In this document: piece by piece, positions 19,320 through 29,688 of the stretch | Numbering within the stretch: the stretch's first letter is position 1 | Layout of the letters: the number at the start of each line of letters is the position of its first letter | Assembly: GCA_965203555.1 (NCBI GenBank) | Contig: CBDBCY010000004.1 | Span: forward strand, 2,272,001 to 2,336,000 | Source: Acidimicrobiia bacterium | GTDB lineage: Bacteria; Actinomycetota; Acidimicrobiia; Spongiisociales; ZC4RG35 | DNA: 64,000 bases | Reading direction: 5' to 3' | Position numbers and translations under genes: made by a program | Notes under the pieces: generated by a model | Told to the model about the DNA's origin: nothing | Seen by the model: the letters and a program-made list of their open reading frames with translations, nothing else | The model's database searches: none

Positions 19320-20180
19320 ATGGCGCGATTAGGAGCTTCGATAACCGACTATCTGGGGCAGGTCGACCCCGATGAATATCTCAGGGAGTGTGCAGACCAG
19401 GGTTATCGGTCGGCGCCCTGCCCGGTCATCGACCCTGAGGACACCGAAGTTGTGCGACATGTCCGCCGGGAGTTCGCCAGGGCGGACGTGGTCATTTCGG
19501 AGGTGGCGGCCTGGGTTAACCCCATGGATCCCGATCCTGGCCTGAGAAAGGCGGCCCGAGCCGAAATCACACAAGCCATGGCATTGGCAGACGAGTTGGG
19601 GGCAGCGTGCTGCACTACGGTCTCTGGAGCTTTGGCGTCTGCTGACACGCCCGACTCCCACGTAGGGCATCATCCGGACAATTTCACTGCCGACGCCGTT
19701 GACGCGGTGATCGAGTGGATTCGCGATGTTCTGGCAGCAGTGAAACCCACCCAGAGTTTCCTGACACTGGAGATGTGTCCTTGGGCGATTGTGGACTGCC
19801 CCGAGGTTTATATTGATGTTCTGGATCGGGTGGATGACCCAGGGCTCGCCGTCCATCTCGACCCTGCCAACCACATGACTTCTCCTCGCGCTCTGTTCAA
19901 CTCCGGGGCGGTGATCGAGGATCTTTTCGATCAATTGGGCAAGTGGACCAAGGCCTGCCATGCGAAGGACGTCACCTTCGTGGGGAGTCCTTCCATTGTG
20001 GCGATGAAAGAGGTGCCACCCGGCACCGGATACCTGGATTACGATGCCTTTCTCCGTTGCATGTCACGGCTCGACGGCAATGTCCCTCTGATAATGGAAC
20101 ACCTGCCTGACCGGGAGACATACGCTCGAAGCGGCGCCCGTATCAGGGAAGTGGCCGATGTCCATGGAGTCGCTCTGTAG
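19320..20180 (+). CDS. Sugar phosphate isomerase/epimerase family TIM-barrel protein
   Basis: TLEM, VHLDPAN, CHAKD, PGTGYLDY, IMEH metal-binding pattern. Confidence 0.82.
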   Translation: MARLGASITDYLGQVDPDEYLRECADQGYRSAPCPVIDPEDTEVVRHVRREFARADVVISEVAAWVNPMDPDPGLRKAARAEITQAMALADELGAACCTTVSGALASADTPDSHVGHHPDNFTADAVDAVIEWIRDVLAAVKPTQSFLTLEMCPWAIVDCPEVYIDVLDRVDDPGLAVHLDPANHMTSPRALFNSGAVIEDLFDQLGKWTKACHAKDVTFVGSPSIVAMKEVPPGTGYLDYDAFLRCMSRLDGNVPLIMEHLPDRETYARSGARIREVADVHGVAL

Positions 20181-20261
20181 AACCCGACCGTAAATCTCTC
20201 CAACGTGACATGCACTTTCACGGATCTCTGACACTGCGGATGGGGCGACGCCGGGAAAGGG

Positions 20262-20984
20262 GTGGACTTGAGACCTGAGGCGCAACAAAGGAGGAATGCA
20301 TTGGTAGACCTTGCAGGGGCCTTGGCCGAATGCCGCAGATGTGAACGGCTGGTGGCATGGCGGGAGAAAGTAGCCAGGGAAAAGAGAGCCGCCTATCGCG
20401 ACGAGACCTACTGGGGACGTCCGGTGCCCGGCTTCGGAGATCCGGATGCGCGGCTGGTCTTGGTGGGTCTGGCGCCGGCCGCCCACGGCGCCAACCGCAC
20501 GGGGCGCATGTTCACCGGTGACCGGTCCGGGGATTGGCTGTACCGGGCGCTGCACAAGGCGGGGTTTGCCAATCAGGCCCACTCGACGGGGATTGATGAC
20601 GGGTTGAGTCTTCGGGACGTTTGGGTGACTGCCTCGGTGCACTGCGCGCCGCCGCAAAACCGTCCGCTCGCTGCGGAGACCGCCAACTGCTCTGACTGGT
20701 TGATCGGAGAGTTGAACGAGCTGAAGCGGATGGCAGTGATAGTGGCCTTGGGGGGACTCTCTCACGCCAATCTGCTGCGCCAGGGGCCCCGTTTGGGTTG
20801 GTCGGTCCCCCGGCCGCGGCCAGCGTTCGGCCATGGGACGGTGACACCATTGGAGGGTGGTCCCACCCTGGTCTCCTCTTATCACCCCAGCCAGCAGAAC
20901 ACTTTCACGGGGCGTTTGACGGAGCAGATGTTTGACAGGGTGTTTGCGGTGGTTCGTAGGCTGCTGCAAGGAACAGCCGGATAA
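20262..20984 (+). CDS. udgB: Uracil-DNA glycosylase family 5
   Basis: CRRCERL, GLAPAAHGANRTGRMFTGDRSG, CAPPQN, SYHPSQQNT. Confidence 0.9.
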   Translation: MDLRPEAQQRRNALVDLAGALAECRRCERLVAWREKVAREKRAAYRDETYWGRPVPGFGDPDARLVLVGLAPAAHGANRTGRMFTGDRSGDWLYRALHKAGFANQAHSTGIDDGLSLRDVWVTASVHCAPPQNRPLAAETANCSDWLIGELNELKRMAVIVALGGLSHANLLRQGPRLGWSVPRPRPAFGHGTVTPLEGGPTLVSSYHPSQQNTFTGRLTEQMFDRVFAVVRRLLQGTAG

Positions 20985-21069
20985 GCATAATTAGCAATAC
21001 CCGTTTCTTGTAAATGGCGGATTCCCGATAGCATTCGTGCTCGGAACTGCAGGAAAGATCCTTCAAATC

Positions 21070-22332
21070 ATGCTTAGTCTCGACAACCGAACCCTTGAGC
21101 GGTTGAACTCCGAAGCACCCTCGACCTTGACCTCCCAACGCCGAAGGGCGCTGGAGGAGTACCGTCGGCTGGGGATGCCCTCCTCGAAGGAGGAGAACTG
21201 GAAATACGTGGAACTGGGGTTCGACCTGGACGAGATGGGTCTGCCCAGTGGCCCGGGGGATCCCCTCCCTGAGAATGAGTTCGTGGCGGCGTTGAGTAAC
21301 CAGGCGGGCTCAGCGGTGATGGTGGATGGGCGACTGGTGGAGGTTGACAACGACTCGGAAGCCTGGCTCGGATCGGCGATCGAGGCAGGCGGGACCGGCT
21401 CTGCCCTTGACCTTCTGGCCGCCGACACCGACAAGTTCGCCGCCGCCGCTCTGGCGTTCTCGGTGGATGACATCACCCTGCGCATCCCCCGGAACAGGGC
21501 GGTGGACTCGCCGTTTGTGATCGACATCCAATCCACCTGCCCGAATACGGTTACCTTTCCGAATCTGAGCATCCGCGCCGAGGAGAACTCCGAGGCCACC
21601 GTGGTGGTGCTGTTCCGGTCACCGGAGGGAGTGTCAAGTGTTCTCGTGCCCAGCCTGCAGGCTACGGTGGGGCATGGAGCTCGTCTTTCCGTAACCACAG
21701 TGGGTCTCATGGGATCCGAGGGAGCAAACGTCATGCATCATCGGTCGAAGATAGGTCGGGACGCCACTTTGCGGATCGGAGAGATCGGCTTGGGAGGCCG
21801 GCTGGCCCGGATGGATTTGCGCACCTCACTGGCGGGAAGGGGAGGAAGCGTTGAGGTAGTGGGTCTCTACTACGGGGAGATGCGACAGGTGCTGGATTAC
21901 CGGCTGGTGGTTAACCATGTGGGTCCTTCCACCAGTTCGGATGTGTTCCTGAAGGGAGGAGTGCAGGACCATGCCCAGTCGATCTTCACCGGCCTGTTGA
22001 GAATTGAGGAAGATGCGGCGGGCTCGTCGGCGTTCGAGACCAACCGCAACCTGGTGTTTTCCGATGGGGCAAAGGCCAACTCGGTACCCAACCTGGAGAT
22101 CCTGTGCAACGACGTCATCTGCGGACACGGGTCGAGCGTGGGGCCACTGGAGACCGAGCCGCTGTTTTACCTGATGAGTCGGGGCATCAGCAAGGCGCGG
22201 GCCGAGCGAGTCCTTGTGCGAGGGTTCTTTGAGGAGGCGATCGGCCGCCTGCCGCTCGACGACCTCGACGAACCGGCCCGCCAGGCCGTCAACCGGCGTT
22301 TCGCCCTGGCCCAGGAAGGGGGAAGAGTCTGA
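21070..22332 (+). CDS. sufD: Fe-S cluster assembly protein SufD
   Basis: EENWKY, NRNL, SVPNLEILCNDVICGHGSSVG, LFYLMSRGI. ATG 21070 chosen as start. Confidence 0.85.
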   Translation: MLSLDNRTLERLNSEAPSTLTSQRRRALEEYRRLGMPSSKEENWKYVELGFDLDEMGLPSGPGDPLPENEFVAALSNQAGSAVMVDGRLVEVDNDSEAWLGSAIEAGGTGSALDLLAADTDKFAAAALAFSVDDITLRIPRNRAVDSPFVIDIQSTCPNTVTFPNLSIRAEENSEATVVVLFRSPEGVSSVLVPSLQATVGHGARLSVTTVGLMGSEGANVMHHRSKIGRDATLRIGEIGLGGRLARMDLRTSLAGRGGSVEVVGLYYGEMRQVLDYRLVVNHVGPSTSSDVFLKGGVQDHAQSIFTGLLRIEEDAAGSSAFETNRNLVFSDGAKANSVPNLEILCNDVICGHGSSVGPLETEPLFYLMSRGISKARAERVLVRGFFEEAIGRLPLDDLDEPARQAVNRRFALAQEGGRV

Positions 22333-22661
22333 TGGCCTGGGTCAAAGTGGCCGGACTGGCGGATATGGAGGAGGGGCAAGGCGTGAGGATCTGCCACCAG
22401 GGTCGGGTGGTGGCGGTGTTCCTGGCCGAAGGGGAGTTGTACGCGGTTGATGATCGATGCACCCACGCCGAGGCTTCGCTGTCGGAGGGAGAGGTGTTCG
22501 ACACCGAAGTGGAGTGCCCCCTGCACGGCGCCGTTTTTGATCTGGTCACCGGGGAAGCATTGACCTTTCCGGCCACTCGACCGGTCGCCACCTATCCCAC
22601 CCGGGTGGAGGACGGAAGAGTGCAGGTGCAAGTACCTGAAGACGGACCGGGGGCAGTCTGA
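22332..22661 (+). CDS. Rieske [2Fe-2S] ferredoxin (SUF-associated)
   Basis: CTH...CPLHGAVFD Rieske ligands; lies between sufD and sufC. Confidence 0.9.
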   Translation: MAWVKVAGLADMEEGQGVRICHQGRVVAVFLAEGELYAVDDRCTHAEASLSEGEVFDTEVECPLHGAVFDLVTGEALTFPATRPVATYPTRVEDGRVQVQVPEDGPGAV

Positions 22662-23464
22662 TGGGCGTAGCTCTGAAGGTGCAGGGCTTGCGGGCCTCGG
22701 TGGGGTCGGTCGAGATTCTTCGCGGTGTCGACCTGGAGATTCCCTTTGGACAGATGCATGCCCTGATGGGCCCCAACGGTTCGGGAAAGAGTACGTTGTG
22801 TCATGTCCTGTCCGGTCATCCCGACTTCGTTGCGGAAGGCAAAGCCTGGGTGGACGGTGAAGAGATTCTGGAGTTGGATGCGGATCAACGGGCCCGGCTC
22901 GGTTTGGTCCAGGCTTTCCAGAACCCGGTGGCGGTTCCCGGCGTGGAGTTGGAAGAAATCATGAAGGAGGCGGCCGAGGAGCGAGGCATGGATCCGGAAG
23001 AGACCGATCGGCGGATAGCCGAGGCTTCCAGGCGCTTCGATATGGATTCTTTTTTGGGGCGGTCGGTTAACGATGATCTCTCGGGGGGAGAGAAGAAGCG
23101 CTCGGAGATATTCCAGATCTCGGTTCTGTCACCCAAGGCGGCTCTGTTGGATGAGACCGATTCAGGTCTGGATATCGACATGGTCCGAACGGTGGCCGCC
23201 GCGGTGGAGGAGATGCGTCGCCCTGACATGGGTGTACTGATGATCACCCACCACTCTCGGATTCTCAGCTTTGTAAAGCCCGACCGGGTGCATGTCATGA
23301 TGGGGGGAAAGATCGTCACCTCCGGGGGGCCGGCTCTGGCCCAGGAATTAGAGCAATCCGGCTATGAGGGTTTGCGAAAACGACTGGGGATATCTTCTCC
23401 CGGCGTTGATACGACCACCAAGCCTGCTTTCGACTCCTTTACCGACCTTCCCTTTATCGACTGA
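22661..23464 (+). CDS. sufC: Fe-S cluster assembly ATPase SufC (copy 1)
   Basis: GPNGSGKST, FQNP, LSGGEKKRSEI, DETDSGLDID, ITHH. Confidence 0.9.
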   Translation: MGVALKVQGLRASVGSVEILRGVDLEIPFGQMHALMGPNGSGKSTLCHVLSGHPDFVAEGKAWVDGEEILELDADQRARLGLVQAFQNPVAVPGVELEEIMKEAAEERGMDPEETDRRIAEASRRFDMDSFLGRSVNDDLSGGEKKRSEIFQISVLSPKAALLDETDSGLDIDMVRTVAAAVEEMRRPDMGVLMITHHSRILSFVKPDRVHVMMGGKIVTSGGPALAQELEQSGYEGLRKRLGISSPGVDTTTKPAFDSFTDLPFID

Positions 23465-23705
23465 CCGCCGCGCCTCGGTTTCCCGGATACTGGGATAGAA
23501 CTCGCACCACAGGATGGTGATCGGCGGGGGTTTGCGGGTACCGCCCCCGTGATGGCTGTGGACGTCCGCCGGCAAGGATGGATCTTGGTTCCCGCCGGTT
23601 CAATGCTTGGAAAGTTGCAATCGTCGCGGCAGAATAGGGAACCAAGGTGAAACGTTTCTTCAGGGTTGACCATAGGTATGAGTTGCCGGTAATGACGATT
23701 GAGGT

Positions 23706-25451
23706 GTGACGATGGCCCTACCAAGCGAAGGCCAACATGTCCGATACGAGCCACATGAGGACCCGCCGCTTGCGGTAGCCGTCGGCGCCGGCCTGCAAGC
23801 CGCGGCAATAATCGTGACGCCGGTGGTTTTGACTGTTGTGATTGTGGCCCGGATCGCCCAGCAGCCCGAGAGCTACATTTCGTGGGCTGTCTTTGCCGCA
23901 CTGGTCATCAGCGGACTCACCACCGCTGTTCAGGCCAAGCGGATCGGACGGATCGGATCCGGGCATGTGCTGATCATGGGAACGTCCGGCGCCTTCATAG
24001 CGGTGTGCGTGGCGGCTCTGGTAACAGGTGGACCTTCCATGATGGCCGGTCTCATCGTCGTGTCTTCGCTTTTTCAATTCCTGATGGCCAATCGGCTTTC
24101 CCTGTTGCGCAGGGTCTTTACTCCTGTTGTCTCCGGCACGGTGATCATGCTTATCGCTGCCACAGTGGTGCCCGTCGTTTTTGACACTCTGACCGACGTT
24201 CCGGCTGACGTATCCTCGGGTGCTGCTCCCCTTGCGGCGATCGCCACTCTGTTGACCGTTGGGGGGCTGGTATTGCGTGCCCCGCCGGCCTGGAGGCTTT
24301 GGTCGCCGGTGATAGGGATTGCGGTAGGTTGCGCGGTGGCGGTGCCGTTTGGCATCTATGACGTACAACCGATCTTGGATGCCCCCTGGGTGGGCGTGCC
24401 CATCTCGTCCTGGCCGGGATTCGACTTTACTCCAGATGCGGAATTCTGGGCACTGGCGCCGGCATTCGTGGTGGTTACCCTGGTCGGGGCGATCGAAACC
24501 CTGGGCGACGGCGTCGCTATCCAAAGGGTGTCGCGACGCAATCCTGTGGCTACCGACTTTCGGGTGGTTCAGGGCGCCCTCAACGCGGACGGTGTCGGGA
24601 ATCTGCTGTCCGGCATTGCGGGGACCCTTCCCAACACAACCTATTCAACCAGCATCTCGCTCGCCGAGGTCACGGGAATCGCCGCCCGACGAGTGGGTGT
24701 CGTCATTGGTGCGATCTTTGTCGGGGTGGCGTTCTTTCCCAAGATCGGGGCGTTGCTGATTTCGATTCCACCACCGGTGGCAGCCGCCTACATCGTTGTG
24801 TTGGTGGGGATGCTGTTTGTCCAGGGGATGAAGATCATTGTCCAAGACGGGGTCGATCATCGCAAGGCAGTCGTTGCAGGACTGTCGTTTTGGATGGGTG
24901 TGGGTTTCCAGAACGAATGGATCTTTCCGGATCTGTTGGGCGAAGGATTCCTGGGGGTGCTATTCGGCAACGGGATGACTGCCGGCGCGATAGTGGCGAT
25001 CGCGATGATGTTGTTCATGGAGGCGACCGGTCCTAAACGGAAACGGTTGGAAACGGAGCTCGAGTGGGGAGCTTTGCCGAAGTTGGAGGCGTTGTTGCGC
25101 GACTTCGGCGCCGGATGCCGGTGGGATTCCGCTTCTGTGGAGCGGCTGGTACTGGTGGGAGAGGAAACTCTGTCAAGCCTTCTGTCAGAAGAAAGCGATC
25201 CTCAGCATAAGCCCCGCCACATGGTGGTAGGTGTCCGCTTGGGAGGGGAAGGCGCCGAGTTGGAGTTCCTGTGCGCCTCCGGGCGGGAGAATCTGGAGGA
25301 TCGGCTGTCGTTTATGGGAGAACCGCCCGACATACCCGACAGCCGGGAGATGTCGTTCCGGTTGCTGCGGCACTACGCTTCTTCGGTGCGTCATCAAAAA
25401 TATCATGATGTCGACATCGTCACTGTTAATGTGGCGGGATCCCGTGGATAG
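23706..25451 (+). CDS. NCS2 (xanthine/uracil) permease with a C-terminal ~140-aa soluble domain
   Basis: About 13 TM segments, IETLGD, ADGVGN, PNTTYS NAT-signature region; hydrophilic C-terminal extension. Confidence 0.82.
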   Translation: MTMALPSEGQHVRYEPHEDPPLAVAVGAGLQAAAIIVTPVVLTVVIVARIAQQPESYISWAVFAALVISGLTTAVQAKRIGRIGSGHVLIMGTSGAFIAVCVAALVTGGPSMMAGLIVVSSLFQFLMANRLSLLRRVFTPVVSGTVIMLIAATVVPVVFDTLTDVPADVSSGAAPLAAIATLLTVGGLVLRAPPAWRLWSPVIGIAVGCAVAVPFGIYDVQPILDAPWVGVPISSWPGFDFTPDAEFWALAPAFVVVTLVGAIETLGDGVAIQRVSRRNPVATDFRVVQGALNADGVGNLLSGIAGTLPNTTYSTSISLAEVTGIAARRVGVVIGAIFVGVAFFPKIGALLISIPPPVAAAYIVVLVGMLFVQGMKIIVQDGVDHRKAVVAGLSFWMGVGFQNEWIFPDLLGEGFLGVLFGNGMTAGAIVAIAMMLFMEATGPKRKRLETELEWGALPKLEALLRDFGAGCRWDSASVERLVLVGEETLSSLLSEESDPQHKPRHMVVGVRLGGEGAELEFLCASGRENLEDRLSFMGEPPDIPDSREMSFRLLRHYASSVRHQKYHDVDIVTVNVAGSRG

Positions 25452-25528
25452 CTCTATTTGGTTCTCTCCTGCGGCCCCGTGGCCTATGCCGCCCTTACCT
25501 CACCCTGGGTAACTGCCTGCAGCACCGA

Positions 25529-26770
25529 TTAATGCAAAGAACTGGTCGGTCGGATTCCCAGACGGTGGGCGCCCAGCGCTCCGAATGCCTCGACAGTTCT
25601 TGACCATGAACCCTTCAAAGCGGCTTGGCGCCAACGTTCCAGGTCTGGATCGAGCAGCCGGTCGGCCACCGGCACGACCTGCATTACGGTACGGTCCACC
25701 CAGGTGGGGGTGTAGGTCATGTCCCTAACCGCCAAGCCATCGGGACTGTCATCGATTACCACATGCAGGATGGCGCCATCCCCGCTTGATGGTGTACAGC
25801 ACGTGGGAGTCTGGTTGGAGAGAAAGTTCCCCAGTCCGTAGACCACCCACATGTCATCGATCCGATCGACGGGCTGGATGACATGGGCGTGATGGCCTAT
25901 CACAAGGTCCACCGTCCCCTTCTCGGCAATCGCCTGGGCGACCTGGCGTTGTCGGGAGTCGGGCATACGTCGGTACTCGGTCCCCCAGTGCAGGGAGACG
26001 ATGATGAACTCTGCCCCCTCATTCCGGGCAGTCGCCGCGTCGGCGGCGATGCTCTCCACGTCGATGAGGTTGACCCACCAGTCCTCTCCCCTGGGCAGCT
26101 TCAATCCGTTCAAACCATGGGTGTAGGACAAGTGAGCCAGGTGAATGCCGTTGACCTGATAATGGGCGGCGCCCGGGGATTGTGGGCCGGTGGCCGTCCC
26201 GGCGAAGCCCAGACCGTGTTCCTCCATGGCGCCGATGGTTTGCGCCACCCCGGCGGTGCCTTGGTCCATGGAGTGATTGGAAGCCAGAGAACACCCGTCC
26301 CATCCGGTCTGGGCTATCGCTTCCACCAACTCCGATGGGGTGCGAAATCGCGGGTAGCCCCGCGGGCTTTGCGACGAAATGACAGTTTCCAGGTGACAAA
26401 TGGCCAGGTCGGCGGCCTGCAGCTTCGGAGCGACCTGCTCGAACATCGGCGAGAAGTCGTATTGGCGGTCACGGTACGTTTCCGTTGGTTGGTACATCTC
26501 CGGGGGTTGAACGATGGATGCCAGGCTTGCGGGGTCATGGGCGGTTCGAGCGTAATGTCGGGCGAACCTGATGACCCGTAGATGCGGCAGAATGTCGCCG
26601 GTGAAGGCTAGCTCAACCCGGCGGGACGACGGGGTGGAGGACGGCGCCTCTCGCTCTTCAGCAGGGGACGTTCCGCACAGCATGAGGACCGCAAGGGCCA
26701 GAGCACCCACGGCCATGCACCTCCGAGGGGACCGTGTCGAGGGTCTCAGTTGAACGGGACGTTCGACCAT
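25529..26770 (-). CDS. CapA/PgsA family metallophosphoesterase-fold protein
   Basis: FTGDIL, CHLET, SLASNHSMD, SLHWGTEY, IGHHAHVIQ, YGLGNF. Start uncertain. Confidence 0.85.
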   Translation of the reverse strand: MVERPVQLRPSTRSPRRCMAVGALALAVLMLCGTSPAEEREAPSSTPSSRRVELAFTGDILPHLRVIRFARHYARTAHDPASLASIVQPPEMYQPTETYRDRQYDFSPMFEQVAPKLQAADLAICHLETVISSQSPRGYPRFRTPSELVEAIAQTGWDGCSLASNHSMDQGTAGVAQTIGAMEEHGLGFAGTATGPQSPGAAHYQVNGIHLAHLSYTHGLNGLKLPRGEDWWVNLIDVESIAADAATARNEGAEFIIVSLHWGTEYRRMPDSRQRQVAQAIAEKGTVDLVIGHHAHVIQPVDRIDDMWVVYGLGNFLSNQTPTCCTPSSGDGAILHVVIDDSPDGLAVRDMTYTPTWVDRTVMQVVPVADRLLDPDLERWRQAALKGSWSRTVEAFGALGAHRLGIRPTSSLH

Positions 26771-26994
26771 CGCAGTCTCATATGTGAGCAAATTACCGGC
26801 TCCAGGGCCACTTTGCCCCGATATGGACCCGAGATTTGTCTTCAAGTTGCCCAGTGGCCCTGAAACGGGCTGCATCTTCACCACCGCGGGTATGTAGCCT
26901 GCTGTGCGACAGACACTTTTTAGCACGATGACCACAGGGGCGGCGCCGGGCAACGGAGACCGCCTGCCGAAACCGACACAAGGGGAGTGAAGCC

Positions 26995-28386
26995 ATGGAG
27001 TACCGGTCCGAGAGAGACTCGATGGGGGAGGTGCTGGTTCCCGCCGAGGCCTATTACGGCGCTTCCACCCAGCGGGCGGTGGAGAATTTTCCCATCTCCG
27101 GCACGGGGTTCGAGAGACGGTTCATCTGGGCGCTGGGTCTGATCAAGAGATCGGTGGCGGAGGCTGCGTCGGAGGAGGGGCATCTCGACTCCCGGATCGC
27201 CGGTGCAGTGAAGCAGGCAGCTTCGGAAGTCATGGAGGGCAACTGGGACGATCACTTTCCGGTGGATGTCTTCCAGACCGGTTCAGGCACTTCCACCAAC
27301 ATCAATGCCAACGAGGTGATCGCCGGCCGAGCCACCGAATTACTGGGAGGACCTCGACAGGAACGACTGGTGCATCCCAACGATCACGTCAACTTCGGAC
27401 AGTCGTCCAACGACGTCATCCCCACCGCAATTCATGTGGCGGCGGCCGCGGCCATTCATGAGTCCCTGCTCCCTTCCTTGGAGACATTGTCGAATTCACT
27501 GACCTCCAAGTCGGATGAGTTCTCCGGGCTGGTGAAGTCGGGTCGTACCCATTTGATGGACGCCACTCCGGTGACCTTGGGACAGGAGTTTTCCGGCTAC
27601 GCGGCAGCAGTGAGCAAGGGCGCGCGGAGGGTGAGGAAGGTTCTGCCGGAGTTGGAGGAGTTACCTCTGGGTGGCACGGCGGTGGGCACCGGGATCAACT
27701 GTCCCGATGGTCTGGCGGCTGCCGCCATCTCGATGATTGCCGAAAACTCGGGGATACCTTTCACTGAGGCGGCCAATCACTTCGAGGCACAGGCCGGAAA
27801 GGATGCGACCGTCAATGCTTCGGGATCTTTGAAGACGGTGGCTGTGTCCCTGTTCAAGATCGCCAACGATCTGCGTTGGTTGTCGTCGGGGCCCGTCACC
27901 GGGATTGCCGAGATACGCCTACCGGCGCTGCAGCCGGGATCTTCGATCATGCCCGCCAAGGTCAATCCGGTGATTCCTGAGATGGTCATGCAGGTGGTGG
28001 CACAGGTGATCGGCAATGATTCAGCCATCACCTGGGCGGGCGCCAACGGCAATTTCGAGTTGAACGTGATGATGCCGGTTATCGCCCGCAATCTCCTCGA
28101 GTCCATAAGGCTGCTGGCCAACGCCGCCCGGGGGCTGGCCCGAAAGTGCGTGGACGGGATCGAGGCCGACTCGGAAAGAGCGAGGAGGTTGGTCGAACGA
28201 AATGTGATAGTTGTCACTGCGCTCAATCCCCACATCGGCTATGACGCCGGGGCTTCGGTCGCCAAGGAAGCCTTCGCCACCGGTCGCACCGTCCGGGAGG
28301 TCGCCCTGGAACGCGGCCTACTGACCGAAAGGGAATTGGACGAGATGCTCGACTTGCAGAAGATGACCGAGGGAGGTCTTTCCTAG
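26995..28386 (+). CDS. fumC: Fumarate hydratase class II
   Basis: [38 protein letters not shown]. Confidence 0.93.
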   Translation: MEYRSERDSMGEVLVPAEAYYGASTQRAVENFPISGTGFERRFIWALGLIKRSVAEAASEEGHLDSRIAGAVKQAASEVMEGNWDDHFPVDVFQTGSGTSTNINANEVIAGRATELLGGPRQERLVHPNDHVNFGQSSNDVIPTAIHVAAAAAIHESLLPSLETLSNSLTSKSDEFSGLVKSGRTHLMDATPVTLGQEFSGYAAAVSKGARRVRKVLPELEELPLGGTAVGTGINCPDGLAAAAISMIAENSGIPFTEAANHFEAQAGKDATVNASGSLKTVAVSLFKIANDLRWLSSGPVTGIAEIRLPALQPGSSIMPAKVNPVIPEMVMQVVAQVIGNDSAITWAGANGNFELNVMMPVIARNLLESIRLLANAARGLARKCVDGIEADSERARRLVERNVIVVTALNPHIGYDAGASVAKEAFATGRTVREVALERGLLTERELDEMLDLQKMTEGGLS

Positions 28387-28814
28387 CTGTCTCCCAGAGC
28401 CTGCTCCAAGGTTATCCAGGGCAGGGTGGCGCATTTGATCCTGACCGGATAGCGTCTCACCCCGGCCAGGGCGATCAGGTCGCCGAGGTCTGCATAACCG
28501 TTTTCGCTGGAGTCGGCGGGCGCCTGCATCAGCCCGTGGAACCGATTCGACAGACCCAGCACATCCGGGATGGGATGACCGGAAACGGCCTCACCCATCA
28601 AAGAGGCGCTTGACTGGCTGATCGAACAACCCTTTCCGGTCACGGAGATGGCGCTGACCCGTCCCTCCCGCAGTTGCAATTGGACTTTCACCTCGTCACC
28701 GCACAGGGGGTTGGCGCCTTCGGATGACACGTCGGGATCGGACAGGGGAGTCCGGTAACGTGGATTACGGTAGTGATCCAAGATCACTTGGCGGTAGACC
28801 TCTTGCAGAGCCAT
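28383..28814 (-). CDS. sufU: SUF system NifU-like sulfur-transfer protein SufU
   Basis: [32 protein letters not shown]. Confidence 0.92.
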   Translation of the reverse strand: MALQEVYRQVILDHYRNPRYRTPLSDPDVSSEGANPLCGDEVKVQLQLREGRVSAISVTGKGCSISQSSASLMGEAVSGHPIPDVLGLSNRFHGLMQAPADSSENGYADLGDLIALAGVRRYPVRIKCATLPWITLEQALGDS

Positions 28815-28850
28815 TTCTCTATAGGTTAGAAAAGCTGATCGGCCCTGTTG

Positions 28851-29600
28851 CTAGCGAAAGGATTCGTACCCTTGCGACTCGAGCTGGGCGGTTAGTTCCG
28901 CGCCACCTGTCTTTACCAGTTTTCCTCTTACCAATACGTGTACGTAATGGGGGATGACGTAGTCCAGCAGACGCTGGAAGTGGGTGATTATCAGAAACCC
29001 CCGTTCGGGGCCGATCATGCGTTTGACTCCGTCGGACACCGTACGCAGCGCGTCAATATCCAGACCGGAGTCGGTTTCGTCCATGATCGCCAGTTTGGGT
29101 TCGAGCACGGTCATCTGCAGTATCTCGTTCCGTTTACGCTCCCCACCCGAAAAGCCTTCGTTGAGATAGCGGTCTGCGAAGTTACCGGGAATGCCGAGTT
29201 GAGCCATGGCGTCCATCACCTTGAGGCGAAGCTCGATTATCGAATAATCGATCCCGGTGCGATTGGAAAGAGCCTGGCGGAGGAACTGCACGACAGGCAC
29301 GCCGGGGATCTCGGTGGGATGCTGGAAAGCCATGAAGATCCCCCGGTTGGCCCGCTTGTCGGGTGCGTCCCCGGTGATGTCCTCTCCGTCGAAATAGATC
29401 GCCCCGTCCGTTACCTGCAACCCCGGGTGGCCCATCAGCACTGAAGCCAGGGTGGTCTTGCCGGACCCGTTGGGGCCCATCACCGCATGGATCTCGTTGT
29501 AGTGGACGTCCAGGTCGATGCCGCGGAGGATGGCTGTGTCATCGGCCGACACATGAAGGTTCTCAATGCGGAGCAGAGGGGTTTCGGACACGATCAACAC
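28851..29600 (-). CDS. sufC: Fe-S cluster assembly ATPase SufC (copy 2)
   Basis: GPNGSGKTT, FQHP, NEGFSGGERKRNEI, DETDSGLDIDAL, ITHFQRLLDY. Confidence 0.92.
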   Translation of the reverse strand: MLIVSETPLLRIENLHVSADDTAILRGIDLDVHYNEIHAVMGPNGSGKTTLASVLMGHPGLQVTDGAIYFDGEDITGDAPDKRANRGIFMAFQHPTEIPGVPVVQFLRQALSNRTGIDYSIIELRLKVMDAMAQLGIPGNFADRYLNEGFSGGERKRNEILQMTVLEPKLAIMDETDSGLDIDALRTVSDGVKRMIGPERGFLIITHFQRLLDYVIPHYVHVLVRGKLVKTGGAELTAQLESQGYESFR

Positions 29601-29688
29601 ACTAATGAAGAGAAGAGAGCAATGAAAAACCCGTTTATGAACGCCTCAAAATATTGCAAAGGCCCATTCAGGCGTTATTGTCCGACCC

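Noticed and set aside
20262-20984. udgB as part of a system with vsr or the C-to-T skew
   Set aside because: UdgB is a common housekeeping gene in a core-gene context about 37 kb from vsr; no evidence of linkage.
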